A DNA stretch of 63,333 bases, filler included, from Olpidium bornovanus S191 (GCA_017911155.1; 30 parts of 30 records of this genome joined end to end with filler, not necessarily neighbours in it); one strand, 5' to 3'; counted from the first letter of the whole stretch, positions 23,431 to 37,452 are shown. Notes: generated by a model not told the origin, from the letters alone. Numbers and translations: made by a program.

Positions 23431-24627
23431 GCCAGAAGGGTGCCAAGCCAAAGCAGGGTAGCGCCGGGAAAGCAAAAGGCCAGCATTCGCTGCCGCCCGC
23501 CCCCTCGTCGCTCTCCCGGCAGGTGAAATCCGCGCAATCCAGTACAACCTCGCTGTCATCCGCCAAGCTCCCCGCGCCGGTGGCCGCGGCGAAAAAAAAG
23601 GAAGAGGAGCGGGAGCGCCAGAGGATGATTGCGGCGGCGGACGAGGAGGCAGAGGCCGAGGCGGCGAGGAGGAGGGGCGGCGAGGACATTGTGGATGATG
23701 ACGACGATCAAACGGACGACAGCCAATTGCTTTTCGACATGAGCGCACTCAATCTCGCTGCCTCTGCCGGCAAGCACGGGGAGACCGGGCTGCCGCCGCG
23801 GCCTCCGCTGCAACAGCAACAGTTCCCGCTCGCCGAGAGAAGGTCAATTCCCCGCGCTCAGTCCTGCGGCCTTGCCGCATCCGGAAACCTCGGGTCCGTG
23901 TCGTCTCTTTCCAGCTCGGCGGCGGGCTCGCCCAAGGGCAGTCCGAAATTATCCAGGCGCGTGAACATCGACGACGAATACGCTAAACGAGCTGTGCAGG
24001 AAGACAATATGAACTTTGTAGTCATTGGTGAGCTTGAAATCAATGTTGCCCGCTAGCGGAAAGTCGCCGGAGACCTTTCGTATTTTTTTCTTTTTGGCGT
24101 TCTCCGGTTGTGTCACTTTTTTGTTTGAGGAGTACTGTTTGTATATTGGGGTAGTTCGATAGATTTTTACGGGGTGTCGACGAATTCCATGATCGAGATC
24201 TCTAACTTCGGTTCTGGCTGTATCCCCGAAAACCTCAGGCCACGTTGACGCGGGCAAATCCACGCTGATGGGTCACCTGCTCTACAAACTGGGCCAGGTT
24301 TCGGAAAAGGACATGCGCAAGTTCCAGCGGGAGAGCGACAAAATTGGGAAATCCTCGTTCGCGTACGCGTGGGTGCTGGACGAGACGGACGAGGAGCGGG
24401 TTCGGGGCGTCACGATAGACGTGGCGACGGCGCGGTTCGTGACGCCCGTGAAGAAGCGGCGCTTCACGCTCCTGGACGCGCCCGGCCACCGCGACTTCAT
24501 CCCGAACATGATATCGGGGGCCAGCCAGGCCGACGTGGCGCTTCTGGTCGTAGACGCCACAAAGGGCGAGTTCGAAGCCGGGTTCCACTCCGCCGGCCAG
24601 ACAAAGGAGCACGCCCTGCTGGTCCGC
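23431..24627 (+). CDS. HBS1: HBS1 translational GTPase (exons 23431-24027 and 24239-contig end), partial
   Basis: NFVVIG|[14 protein letters not shown]...[27 protein letters not shown]...[38 protein letters not shown]...[11 protein letters not shown]; long N-terminal extension and HBS1-type residues distinguish it from eEF1A; intron 24028-24238 with a CTAAC branch point. Confidence 0.93.
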
Positions 24628-24800
24628 NNNNNNNNNNNNNNNNNNNNNNNNNNNNNNNNNNNNNNNNNNNNTTAATTAATTAANNNNNNNNNNNNNNNNN
24701 NNNNNNNNNNNNNNNNNNNNNNNNNNNACATGGACAGAAGCCGGGGTAGCAGTAACGGTGGGAAAAAATTGAACCGCGCGGGCAAATAAAAATGGACTTA

Positions 24801-25782
<982 letters not shown>

Positions 25783-26286
25783 CTACTTTGGTACCAAAAA
25801 TGAGTGTGCACGTGCGAATTCGCAAGGAGTGAGCATGNNNNNNNNNNNNNNNNNNNNNNNNNNNNNNNNNNNNNNNNNNNNTTAATTAATTAANNNNNNN
25901 NNNNNNNNNNNNNNNNNNNNNNNNNNNNNNNNNNNNNCCCCCCCCCCTCTTTTTTTTCCCTTCATTTCCTTTTTTTAATCTTACATTTTTTATTTCTTTA
26001 TTTCTCCTTTTTCTTTGCACACTTTTCTTTGTTCTCTTTTACTCGTTTTGTGGTTTTCTTACTTTTTTGTTTCGCATTTGTTGTGTGGCGGTTTCTTTTT
26101 TTATTATCTCATTTTACATTTTATATTTTTATTTATTTTTTGATTTTTTGATTTTTATTTATTTTTTGAATTTTTTTTATCTGTTGTCTTTATTATTGAT
26201 TTTTTTATTAATATCGTTTGGTTTATTTTTTTATTTTTTATATTTTCTTTATTTTTTATTTTCTTTTCCCGCTGCCGCCGGCGCAG

Positions 26287-28086
26287 AAAGTTCTCTTCCG
26301 CAAGTTCGGCGACGCCAACCCGCCGCCCTTCATATTCCGCCTGGTCGCCAACAATCCGCTCACGAACGAGGAGATCATCGGCGACGTCAAGTACTACATC
26401 GTCGTCGACAAGGGCGGCCTGTACCACGGTCTGAACTCGAACTTCTGTGTCGCCCGCACCGGCAGCTGCTGCGGCGACGCGCCGGGGCAAGATGACCGCC
26501 CGCAGCAGCAGCAGGAAGCCTCCGCCGCGTCGACGACCGCCGGCGAGGAGGCCGTCACCCAACACCACCACCGCTGCGGCACCTTGTCGTCCCCAAAAGC
26601 GGCGCCGGCGGCGGCTCCGCCGGCGCTCTCGAGCGTGCCAAACTTGAAATCGCTCCAGGCTCTCACGAGGGCGTCCATCGGCGCCAACAAGGGCGACCTC
26701 CGCGTTGCCGAGATATGCGTCCGGGGCCGGGAGGAAGTGGAGATGCTGCGCAGGTTGCAGCTGCTGGGCCAGTCTCAGCCCGGGTGGCAAAGGGCCGCCG
26801 CCGCCGCCGCCCCGGCCGAAACCGCGAGCTCCGCCGAAAGCCCCCACGACAAACGGCTCTGGTGGAGCGGGCCGCTGTGCGGGAGCGGCTTCCTGGCCGC
26901 CGGGGCGAGGGACGAGCCGGCGGCGGCGTTCGACCCGCGAGGGAAGCTCACCTTGCGCCGGAAGTCGGTCGCGACTCCCGACGAGTACGCCGTGAAGATT
27001 TCCGCGTCTCTCCGGAACCTGGCGGGCGGCGACTTCTCCGCCGTGTCGAGGTCGACTGTCGTCCTCCGGACGAACCAGATAACGGACGCGGAGTCGTTCT
27101 TTTCACCTTCGAGGCCGCCGCTGGGTCTCCCCACTTCCGAAAGCGTCGGCCGCCTCCCTCTCGCTCACCCGCCGCAGACTGCGGCTCAGCGGGACGCCGG
27201 GAAATCTTTGCCGGACGTCGGGAAATCACTGAACGACGGCAACGTCTTACGCGCGGTCTTCATCGGCACCGACGACGATTATTTACAGAAGTCGTCGCTG
27301 CGCGCCTTGTTTGCCGCGAACGCGTTGCACCCGTCCGACGCCGTGTTGTTTGACATCCCTAAGGAGACGCTGGCCGCAGAAGGTAGAGAAATCTTGGGGG
27401 GGGGGGAGGCGGCCAAAACAGCAACAACAAGAAGACAATTTTGAAATCCCTGACACCCGAGGAAAATACTCCCCGAACCTCTCTGCACTTCCCGGGATTA
27501 CCTCAAAGGAATTATCCTCCCCAGGTTGGACGAGGGAAACTCCCATATGTCAACGATTATCCTTTACGCCGACCCCTACGACGACGCGAGCGCTCTGATG
27601 GATCCATCCCGGTTTAGCGCCATTTTCCACCACGCCGCCACCGCCGCCGAGTTATGCGGCGTGCCCAATCTCTCCACGACCATCTTCCAGGTGGACATGC
27701 ACGGCAGCGGTTACGATGACTACGGCCGCAGCTCGGGGCACGGCGGCAGCCGCCGCGGCGCAGGCGCCCACGCTCACGGGGAGCTGCGGCATGCCGGGTT
27801 CGTCGACTCCCTCTTCCTCATGATGTCCGGCGACCCGGGCTCCGGCCTGCCGTCCCGGCCAGCTTGCAGCACCCGCCGGGCGTTCATGCTTATCATATAC
27901 GCCGGCTTCGTCGGCCTCCTCCTGATGCTGCTCCCCGTGCCCGCGTACTACACCGCCTGGGTGCTTTTCAGCGCCATCCTGAGCTTCGTCCTCATGTCCA
28001 TCACGATGTTCCTGGTCTATCACCGGAATGACCGGCGGCGACGGCGAGAAGCCGAACGGGAGATGAACGTGAACACCGCATTATAA
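26287..28086 (+). CDS. Hypothetical protein with C-terminal transmembrane helices (5' partial, likely one intron at about 27383-27510)
   Basis: Two long same-frame ORFs with high GC3; the C-terminus has two hydrophobic segments (AFMLIIYAGFVGLLLMLLPV; YTAWVLFSAILSFVLMSITMFLVY) followed by a basic stop-transfer RRRRR. No family recognised. Confidence 0.6.
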
Positions 28087-28212
28087 GTGGGGACGGGAAG
28101 CAGGGACTTCTCNNNNNNNNNNNNNNNNNNNNNNNNNNNNNNNNNNNNNNNNNNNNTTAATTAATTAANNNNNNNNNNNNNNNNNNNNNNNNNNNNNNNN
28201 NNNNNNNNNNNN

Positions 28213-28247
<35 letters not shown>

Positions 28248-28289
28248 CGCAGACAAAAAAAACCAAAAACGTGATCCCGTCCGCCGTCT

Positions 28290-29485
28290 GCGCACCTGTA
28301 AGCAGTTGGCGAGCGACGCTTGCTGCTGCTCGGTAAACAGCCTCGCTGCGTCCACCATCCTGGGGACAAGATCCGGCGGAAAGTTTCCGCCTCGTGAATT
28401 CACTTGGTGGCTCACGAGAGTGAGGATCGACACTGTGTAGCAAGTGTGTGTGAGAGAGAGAGAACCCGAGGGGGAAAAAAGATTCGGGCGGTAAACTTGG
28501 GGCGGACCTCGGAGCCGTTCCGTCCCGGTCCGCGCAAAAAAAAAAAAAGAGCCAACGCACGACGCAGCAACTCGAACGCGCGATTGCGCTGCTCTTTGGC
28601 GAAGGACGGGTCGTGCCAGGGGAGGAGCTCGATGAAAGATACAATAAATTCGAAGGGCCTCGCGGGAGTGTGGGAGTTGAACCAGTTCTGGCACCCGGCA
28701 ACGCGGACGGCGGGGCGCGTCGATTTTCGTCAAAAATAAGAAGGGGGAAATAAAAAGAGGGGAATGGGGGGTGGGGGGTTCCCCTCCGCCCACAGGCGAA
28801 ATCAGCAAACGCGCGCGCGTGCGCAAAAAAAAAACAAAAAAAAACAAAAAAAAACAAAAAAAAACAAAAAAAAAAACAAAAAAAAACAAAAGAAAAGAAA
28901 AAAAGCCTTCCCGCGAAGCCTTCCACTCACTTTGTAGCTTCTGCACAGCTTCAGCATCTTCTCCTTGTTCTGCTCCGTGAGGAACTCGCTGGTCTCGTCG
29001 ATGTGGCGGTGGGTCCTCCCGAAAAACGCGACGTGGAGCTCGTCGCGGCCGACGAGGCACATGTCGATCCTGCGGTTGAGCAGGCGGGGCGGCCCGCCGG
29101 TCGCCGCGGCGCTGGCGGCCAGGACCGAGCGGACGGCGGCGGCCGCGCTCTCGGTGCTGTCGAACACGACGTAGACCTCGTAGACCATCTTGCCCGTGTC
29201 CAGGGAGACGGGGATGCGGACCCGCGAGGGGTCGGTGGGCCCGCCCCACGGACGGAGGAAGTTGACCACGTGGGCCTTCTGCGTGCGGTAGTCCACGTTC
29301 GACATCCGGAGCACGGGCGTGTCGGCGCCCGGGCGGGCGCCGCTGAGCCCGGCGGAGGCCGCCGCGCCGCGCGGGGACGACGCGCACGACGCCGTCCTCA
29401 AAACCGGAGTCGAGTCCGGAGGGAAAAACTCGGGGAAGTGTTGGTGCGAAGGCGGAATGTCGAGGACGTGCCTTTCCAGCTGCAC
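28290..29485 (-). CDS. Fungal RRM (quasi-RRM-like) RNA-binding protein, multi-exon, partial
   Basis: VLRMSNVDY...VVNFL...RIPVSLDTGKMVYEVYVVFDSTESAAAAV...LLNRRIDMCLVGRDELHVAFF, followed by an exon reading RPFEFIVSFIELLPW...QRNRAFELL. Confidence 0.7.
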
Positions 29486-31883
29486 TCCGACGTTTTTTTC
29501 GTATCAAAAAAAAGAAGAAAAGCGCCGCCGGCCGCGGAAACGCACCGGCCTGAGTCCACCCCGACCCCCTAACATCCCCGCCGGGGAAAACGGGCCGTCT
29601 GCTTTTCCGCTCACCTGAGCCCGCAGAACAGTCAGCAGCTGCTCCACGTAACCCGGAAGATTAAGCATAATTCCTTGTAGACTTTGCTCGTATATGCGGA
29701 TATTGAGCGCGGCAAAAACGGGATCTGGACGGGGGGATGCGAAACGGGAAGTGACGCCGACCGATTTTAGAGGCGGGGNNNNNNNNNNNNNNNNNNNNNN
29801 NNNNNNNNNNNNNNNNNNNNNNTTAATTAATTAANNNNNNNNNNNNNNNNNNNNNNNNNNNNNNNNNNNNNNNNNNNNCATGCCCGAGATACACGTGGTC
29901 GAGGAAGAGTGAAACTCCAGATGAAACGAACGTTGAACTCGAAAAAAAAACGCGTGTGCACTCAACCCTAAACCAAGTAACGTTCCCCCTGCCCTCCCCC
30001 CAATATGTTGGTAAATAGCATCTCTTTAATGTATCGCGCGCCCGTACCGTCACAACTGCCGTACGTCGTGTTGTATCTAATGACCGGACATTAAGGCAAC
30101 ACCTCCCTCCCCATTCCTCTGCCCCCATACCATTTCCCAGTTTTTTTTTTGCACACCCCGAGCGTAGAACCGGGCGTTGTATTATGCGCGTGCGGGTTGG
30201 GTGGGGGGGGGGGCCGTAGACTGGTTTTTCTAGGGAACAAGGTGTCGTGTGATGTGTTGTAGTCTGATACTCTCCCGTCAAATCGCAAAAACTACATTGA
30301 ACAGAGGAGAAAGTGGTGGAGAAAGAGAGAGAGAAAGTGAAAGAAAATAGAGAGCAGTGTAGGTAGTAAATGGGTAAAACGAAAGGGAAACCGAGGCGCC
30401 AGCGCACCAGGGCGCACCACCCCCTGTAATTCCCCTTGTATAATCGCTGGTTCCACGTCATATAAAACAGACATAAAGCAGATGGCGTCAATACGCCCCG
30501 AATTCAGTTTTTCTTTCATTCTTTTTCTCGCCGGCCCGCTACGCTTCCGCCTTCCTTCCAAGCTCCAAAAGTCAACAAGCAATCCCCCCCCCCACCCTCG
30601 CTTTCCCCTTCCCCCCTTCCCGGGCTGCCGAAAGAAACATGTGGCGGTACGTGCGAGAGAGAGAGGAAGGAAGGTATAAAGAAAGAGTAGAAAGAAAGAA
30701 ATGTTCTTCGAAAGGGCACATAAGCCGGGAAAGGCGGTCCCCTTGTCAGACTGGTCAAGCAAAGCAGAGACTTCCGCTTCCGGATCAGAAAAAAAAAATG
30801 TCCCCAAATGTTACAGGACCGGCAAGGGGCCCCGAACGGGAAAACGGCGGGTGCGGCGATGCCGCGGACCCCGGAAAAGCCGCAAACAACGGCCCATCTT
30901 GTCGATTATGCCTGCATATCAAGCAAAAAAATTATTTTGTTTTCATGGCACCTGTTGGGGCAGTTGTCTGCTCGTTCGAAGCTCCCAAAGAGCTCGAAAG
31001 TCGGAATATAGAGTTTTCCTTTTTTCTAGGTTAGATTTGATGAAATTGTACTTACTACATATTATTATATTATGCTAATTATAACTATGTTTATATTATC
31101 TTAAATAATAATTTTATATTTGAAAACATAAACAAAAAAGCAAGGTTATTAGAGTAGTAGCTGAAAAAAACACCATGTCTCTAGCTCGACCTGGCGCCGA
31201 GTACGGTTGGTTTTCCTTTTCATAAATGGCAAAATTGCACCGGCATCCAGCCTAGGGGTGGCGAATTTCTGACGCCCGGAATCTCTGTTTGAGATTTTTT
31301 CCAACTGGCCAGAGGGACAGGGGTTTGGAGCTCAGTGGTGAGTTTAGGGTTTCGCCGAGTAAAAATGCTGCTGAGGTATGAATGTGGGCACACTTTTTGG
31401 GTCAACGTTTAGAAGAAACTGAATTACATGCCTTGGGTGGGGAATTCAATGTAATGCCTGAGTAAAACGAATAAGGCGTTTCCTTTCCAAGCAATTTGTC
31501 AAACGAACAGACACACCCGAGAACACTAGGGTGAACCTCACATAATGNNNNNNNNNNNNNNNNNNNNNNNNNNNNNNNNNNNNNNNNNNNNTTAATTAAT
31601 TAANNNNNNNNNNNNNNNNNNNNNNNNNNNNNNNNNNNNNNNNNNNNGGGAGAGGGGCGGAAAGAGGGGGCGAAACCGGAATAAAGGGCCGAGGGGGGGG
31701 GTCGGGAAAAAAAAAATTAAACCAAAAACTGAAAAAAGAAGAGAAGCGCTGGAATTCTCCCCCCTCATTTCTTCCCTCCACGCGCGCGTGAGGGAGAGGG
31801 AGAAGGCCGGGGAGGGCACTCAACCATGTTTGCTTTCTTTCTTTTTTCTTCTTTTTTCTTTCTTTTATTCATCCTGTTTTTAG

Positions 31884-32511
31884 AAATCAAGGACCCCGCC
31901 AAGCGCGAGCGGGCGTACCGGTGCCTGCTTGTTTTGATCCCGCGGCACAACCGCGAAGTCGCGCACCGGCTTTTCACGATGCTGGCACGCATCACCGAGA
32001 ACAAGGACGTGAACTTGATGAACGCGCACAACCTCGCGGTGTGCTTCGGGCCCAACCTGCTGCGGGATAAGCCGGGAAAGCCGAAGATGTCGGACATCGC
32101 CGACGTGGAAAAGGTCGTCCGGGTGGTTGAAGAGATGATTGAAATCGGCCCGAGCCTCTTCGAGGTGAGAAGGAGCGGCGGGATGTTTTTTTTTTGTTTT
32201 TGTTTTTCCGCCTGCCCCGGCCGCGAATTTTGTTTCCTCTTGGTTTTTTTTTTAAATTATTTGGGCAAGCGACGGCGAGAGAAACGGGGGGGGAGAGAAA
32301 GAAGAAAAGAAAGAAAAAAAGAGCTCCTGTTCTGTTTCCCTGGATTGCTGATTCGCCCGGGATGGGATTTCCGCATCCGCAAAATCAATCACCACAGGTT
32401 TCGGAGGAATCTCCTCTGGTTCCTCCTAAGCGGTCTCCAAGGTCGTTGTCCGCCATCGTCTTCGGCAGGTCCAAGAAGTTGTTGAACTTGATCAGGCGGC
32501 GTTCGGTCTGA
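31884..32511 (+). CDS. RhoGAP-domain protein C-terminus (exons 31884-32164 and 32398-32511)
   Basis: LIPRHNREVAHRLFTMLARITENKDVNLMNAHNLAVCFGPNLLR is the RhoGAP N-x-M-x-x-x-N-L-A-x-x-F-G-P-x-L motif; in-phase last exon ends RRRSV*. Confidence 0.9.
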
Positions 32512-33259
32512 AGAAAGCGGGCAAAAAATCCGGGCATCAACAAAATCAGGGGCTCAAAAATCCGCAATCACCGAAATGTCGCGTGGGCGGATCAATCGTT
32601 AGCGCATTTTTGTCTTGGATCATTCTGCATTGCTTGAAGCATTTTTGCCACACGTCTGGTCCCCCACGATAAGAAAATGGCCACCGTCCCCCCTCCCCTC
32701 CCCCTCCCCCATCCCTAATCCCTCAAGGTCGTTATGTGTTTTTGCGCTTAGTGAGGAAAGAAGTGCTCTTCCGTTGCGGTTGTACTATGTAAATGTTGCG
32801 AGAAGTCACGAAGAGAGCATATTTATTCATACATTGAGCGAATTCTCGGGAACTAACCGTCGGGTTACGTAATCGCCGGTGTCCGCGCAACTTCAACTCT
32901 CCTATTATCCGCATATCAAAGTCCGGATGTGCAGACCTGCCAGAGTTAGGGTTTGATGGCGCAGTTGGCCGGGATGCAGGAGAACCCCCGATTGAGTTAG
33001 GGCTAGGCTAGATGATTATCCGCACCCNNNNNNNNNNNNNNNNNNNNNNNNNNNNNNNNNNNNNNNNNNNNTTAATTAATTAANNNNNNNNNNNNNNNNN
33101 NNNNNNNNNNNNNNNNNNNNNNNNNNNCATGAACGAGGTGCGGCGAGGGGACGGCCGGGGGGCCGAAAGCGCGGGCCGTTTCGAATTTTTTCGACCTGTT
33201 GCCGCAAACCCTTGTTTCCGGATTTTCGATTTTGACGAACGCCGGCGCGTCCCGTTTAG

Positions 33260-33741
33260 TGGAAGAGGGTTTACACCGCCGTGTCGCCATCCGTCGGAAA
33301 GAATCAGTTGGGTTATTCCGTCTTTGTCGACCTGTTCCCGATCTTGACAATCCCGTTGTGCTGGAACGTGAGCTCGGTACGTGGAGACATCACATCCTAC
33401 CGCGTTTGTCGCAGCTTCCCAAACCGCCCGCCGTCGTCCCGTTCCGCGGGCGGCGGCCCGCACCTGTTTCTCCCTTTCCGCACCTTTTATTTACCGCAGA
33501 AAAACGACGTTCGCCCTTCTCGGAATACCAGGGAGTACTGTTCGCCGCGCTCAGCACCTCGGTCGTATACAACCTGCAGAACGTGATCGTCGCTCTCCCT
33601 GCCGTCCGGAGAGCTCTCGACATCCCGTTGCGTTCGCCTGTCCATCCGTCGCTGAGGAGAAAGAGGATCTGGACGCTCCTGGCCGAAATGCTAAGGGCGA
33701 CGCGTTTGGCGTGGTCGCCGAAAAAAAGCGCCAGCCGCTGA
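33260..33741 (+). CDS. Hypothetical protein C-terminal exons
   Basis: TAG acceptor at 33259, G|GTACGT donor and CAG acceptor at 33499 keep one frame to the stop at 33741; no family recognised. Confidence 0.35.
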
Positions 33742-34379
33742 CGTAGGAAACGCGGAGGAGAAACGGGGCAAGGTTCCCTGCCGGCGGCCCGGAGGCGTTC
33801 GCAATCGTCCCCCCTCCTCCCCCTCTCTGCCACATCCCACACGCTCTTTCCGGTTCAGACGCGGGCCCAGGGAACTGTGCCGCTTTTCGGCGGCGAAGCG
33901 CGAGTAAACCCCCTGGCAGCCGAAAACGCCGCCGCCGCCGTCTACAAGCAATAGCGCGCGCAAAGGATATGTGTTTTTTTTCTCTTTTCCCCCCCCCTCC
34001 CCCCCCTTCCCCCGTGATATTCTCGTTACCACGCATTCATCGCCTACCGCGCCTGTATGCAAAAAGGAAATAAAAAGCTTCATCTGTCGGGAAATGACGT
34101 GTTAAGAGGTGCATCGTCGGTTGCGATGCGCCCGTTAACGCGTCCCGCCACGTTCACCGGACGGGAGGAAAGGGGGGGGGGGGGCGGGGGGGGGGGGGGG
34201 GGGGGNNNNNNNNNNNNNNNNNNNNNNNNNNNNNNNNNNNNNNNNNNNNTTAATTAATTAANNNNNNNNNNNNNNNNNNNNNNNNNNNNNNNNNNNNNNN
34301 NNNNNCATGATGAACTTCCGCTTGTACTTGGTCCCAACTGACATAATGGTTGTAACTGCCATCCGAGGCGAGACCTCGT

Positions 34380-34560
34380 AAGCACGCAGCGTTTGCAACG
34401 GACACAATGGCTCCGCAATGCACGCAACGTACGCAATGCTTGCCATTTACGCAATGACGTCGGCAACGTACGCAACGAATGCAATGTGTGTGTAAGTGAG
34501 TGTGTGTGTATGTGAGTGTGTGAGTATGTGTGAGTGTGAGTGAGGAGTGTGAGTGTGTTG
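34380..34560. repeat. ACGCAATG/ACGCAACG short repeats followed by (GT/GA) microsatellite
   Basis: Several TACGCAA(C/T)G-like units, then TGTGTG/GAGTGT runs at about 34485-34558. Confidence 0.75.
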
Positions 34561-37452
34561 GGGAAGGGGAGGTGCGGGGGAGGTGGAGGACGGCGGTGGA
34601 CGCAGCTCATCAGCGTGTTTTCGGGGACGCGTTGCCCAACCCCGTTGTCGCCTCCGTTCTCCCGACATCCCGCCCCCCCCCTCTTACTGCGGCCTTTCCC
34701 GCCCCCACTTCCTGCGGCCTTCCCCCCCCCCCCCCTTCCTTCCAGGCGAGCCGGGGGAGGTGCAGCGGGGTGGGCCCCAGGGGGAAGGGGGAGGGGGGGG
34801 AGGGGGAGGGGAGGAGGGCAGGGAAAGGGGGGAAGGGGGGTGGTGGGGGGGCGTGGGGAAGAGGGCGGGGCAAAAAAACGGCCGGGGTTAAGGTGGACGG
34901 GGAGCCGGACGGCTTGGCGGCGGTGAATCAATCCATCAGCGCGTTTTTTTAGTGGACGCGTAGCTAATCTTTTGCAGCACCGCCTCCCCCGCCCCATCCT
35001 CTCCCCTCCCTCCCCACCCCCACTCCCCACATTCTTCCGTCGGGGGGGATGTGCAGAGAGGGTGCGGGGCTTGTTCTCAAACGGTGACCGTCTCAAACGT
35101 TTCTCAGCGAAAAGGCTTTGTTTCTCCCCTTTTGTCCCGACCACTTCATTTTTTTTTTTTGGCGTTACTTCCCTGTCGACGGCGAAACAGCCCCAACTTT
35201 CGCCGCCGTGCCCGTCGCCCTGGTTCCGCAGACCGACTTCGCCGTTTCGCCCGCGGCTGAGTCATATTCCTCCGACCAAGAATGCTTTATCCGTTAACGT
35301 TTTTCTTTGAAATTTGCAGACGATCTAGGAACTGACGGAGAGGCCGCGGCTGTACATTGATTCTCATTAAATTACGATTCAAAAGCCGTCGCGCGTGCCG
35401 CGACTTGCCGGGGGACCAGAGGATGATCCTGACCCGTCCGAGAATTCGTCGAAAGGCCGCCGCCTGGGAGGCATCTTTTCGAAAAATGCTTTAAAAACGA
35501 CTTTTCCCGTAACCTCCGTAATTTTTCCGGTAGCTCTCAGGAACGGGAGTAACGTTTTGTGACTTTAAAGCGTCCGTGAGAATGGACCCTGCGGAAAAAT
35601 ACCTCTTCTCGCCCCCTTCTCACTCCGCCAGACTCCCACCTTTTCCCCTTCATTGCCTTCTCGACGGTCGTTTTTTTAAACTGTGTTTCACTTCCCCTGT
35701 TTTTTTTTCCGTTGTTTGCGGGGCGGAGAGCTGAACACCTTCCGAAGCGTCCTTTGTAAAAAGACAGGAAGCCAGTAACCGCTTTCTTCCGGCTCTTCTG
35801 CCGGTCCAACCGACCGTCCGTTTGAAGTGGCCGGTTTTCTTACCCTCGAATGACTACACGGCGGACGTAAATGCGGCGCATTCAAACGTTTTAGTCCCCG
35901 CTCGACTTTTACATTTAGTCGCGTCTAACTGCCGGATGATTCGCTTTTCAATTGTGTGATTGCGACTCTAGCATATCAGACAACAGCAATATGCCAGTCT
36001 CCTCCTGAGGGCCCGCGGGGCAACGGGTTTTAGCGCTATATCCGCCGCCACTCTGAACGAGCCGGGACTTGAACCTGCCCGATTTTTGTCTCAAGAGCCG
36101 CGTCCTTCACGGCACCGTCAAAGATTTTTTTTGACTTCAATTGTCGCTCGACCCCCTGCTAAAGTCCTGTGCCAACGCCATCAACCCCGTTCAATCCCTG
36201 ACTGCAAGGTTACGTCCAGCACGGCGCCGCCAACGGCTTTTTTGGCATCAATTACATCATTATCGAGAAAATGGTCAAAAAGGCGCGGAAAAATAAGGCT
36301 TCGGTTTCTCGAAGGGAGAAGGCATTTGTTTTTGCAACACCTTTTGAAAGCGATGAGTCGCGGCGTCGAATCGTTGTGGGAGAAAGAGAGAAGGAAGGGT
36401 TTAGGATGGGGGGTGGGAGGGAAGGGGTGATGTGTGCGCGATGCGTGCGAACGATGCGATTGCGCAGGCGGCGCGCGGAGGTGGGAAGCGTGATGGATCG
36501 CGGGCTCCGTTTCTCCACAATACATTGCGCTGTTAAAAATACTCGTGAAGAAGGGAGGGAGGAAAGTGACCAAGACATATTCTTTTTTGCGGCCTTGGGC
36601 CCTTGCCCACGCCGGGAATTCTACACGGCTGATGCCCCGCCGCGGCGACGCCCCCCTTCCCGGCCCCCCGACCCCCACTGCCCAAGCCCATTACGTGCGC
36701 GATTTTATCCTTGTAAAACGAAAAGAGCGGTGCGTTTGATTGATACAAGGCAAGACTGTTATGGTAATGTTACAATAATACATTTTGAGTTCGGGGAGGA
36801 GGCGGGGAGTTTTTTATGCTTGAGAATGGTAATATAAAAATAAAAAGAGTGCATTATAAGATCCGGGGGCGCGTGGTCGTGATCATAAAAAAAACAAATT
36901 GTGCTTTTGAGAGTTCGGGAGGGACGCGTGATGTTTTTAAAGGTGATAATAAAAAACATGTCCAAAGTTGATGGATGGAAAGGAGGGAAGGGGGAGGAGA
37001 GGGTAGGCGGAGACCGGAAAGGATTGGGGTGGTGAGGTAGGATAGGGGAGTAGGGAGCGGGGGGAGGGGGGGGGTGGTATCGGATGGAGCGGAGGGGAGG
37101 GTGAAGAGATGGGAGAGGGAAGGGAGGGAGTGCGGTGAGGCGGGAGGGGGAGGGTAACAAACCTTCCGAGCGGGATCCTACGTGAGGGAAGGCGCTGTCC
37201 GGTATCCGACCGGATGGGGGGAGCGAGCACTGGCGCGGCAGCAGAGTCCGGTGGTCCCGGCCATAAGGCCTTCCCGGGGCTGCGGCCACCGGCCCTTGAC
37301 CCTGAGGGGCCACTCGCCTGGGAACCGCGGCCTGCCGGCAGCGCCGGACATGNNNNNNNNNNNNNNNNNNNNNNNNNNNNNNNNNNNNNNNNNNNNTTAA
37401 TTAATTAANNNNNNNNNNNNNNNNNNNNNNNNNNNNNNNNNNNNNNNNNNNN

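Noticed and set aside
24239-24627. eEF1A or eRF3 identity for the GTPase
   Set aside because: The long N-terminal extension, [25 protein letters not shown] and the upstream Ski7-type motifs fit HBS1 better.
29879-31547. Protein-coding gene in contig 17
   Set aside because: Only short, low-complexity or unrecognisable ORFs; I could not build a consistent exon chain.
36055-36125. tRNA gene or tRNA-derived SINE on the minus strand (GGTTCAAGTCC B-box at 36065-36075)
   Set aside because: The B-box is perfect, but I could not fold a T-stem, anticodon arm or acceptor stem and found no A-box; tRNAscan-SE would settle it.
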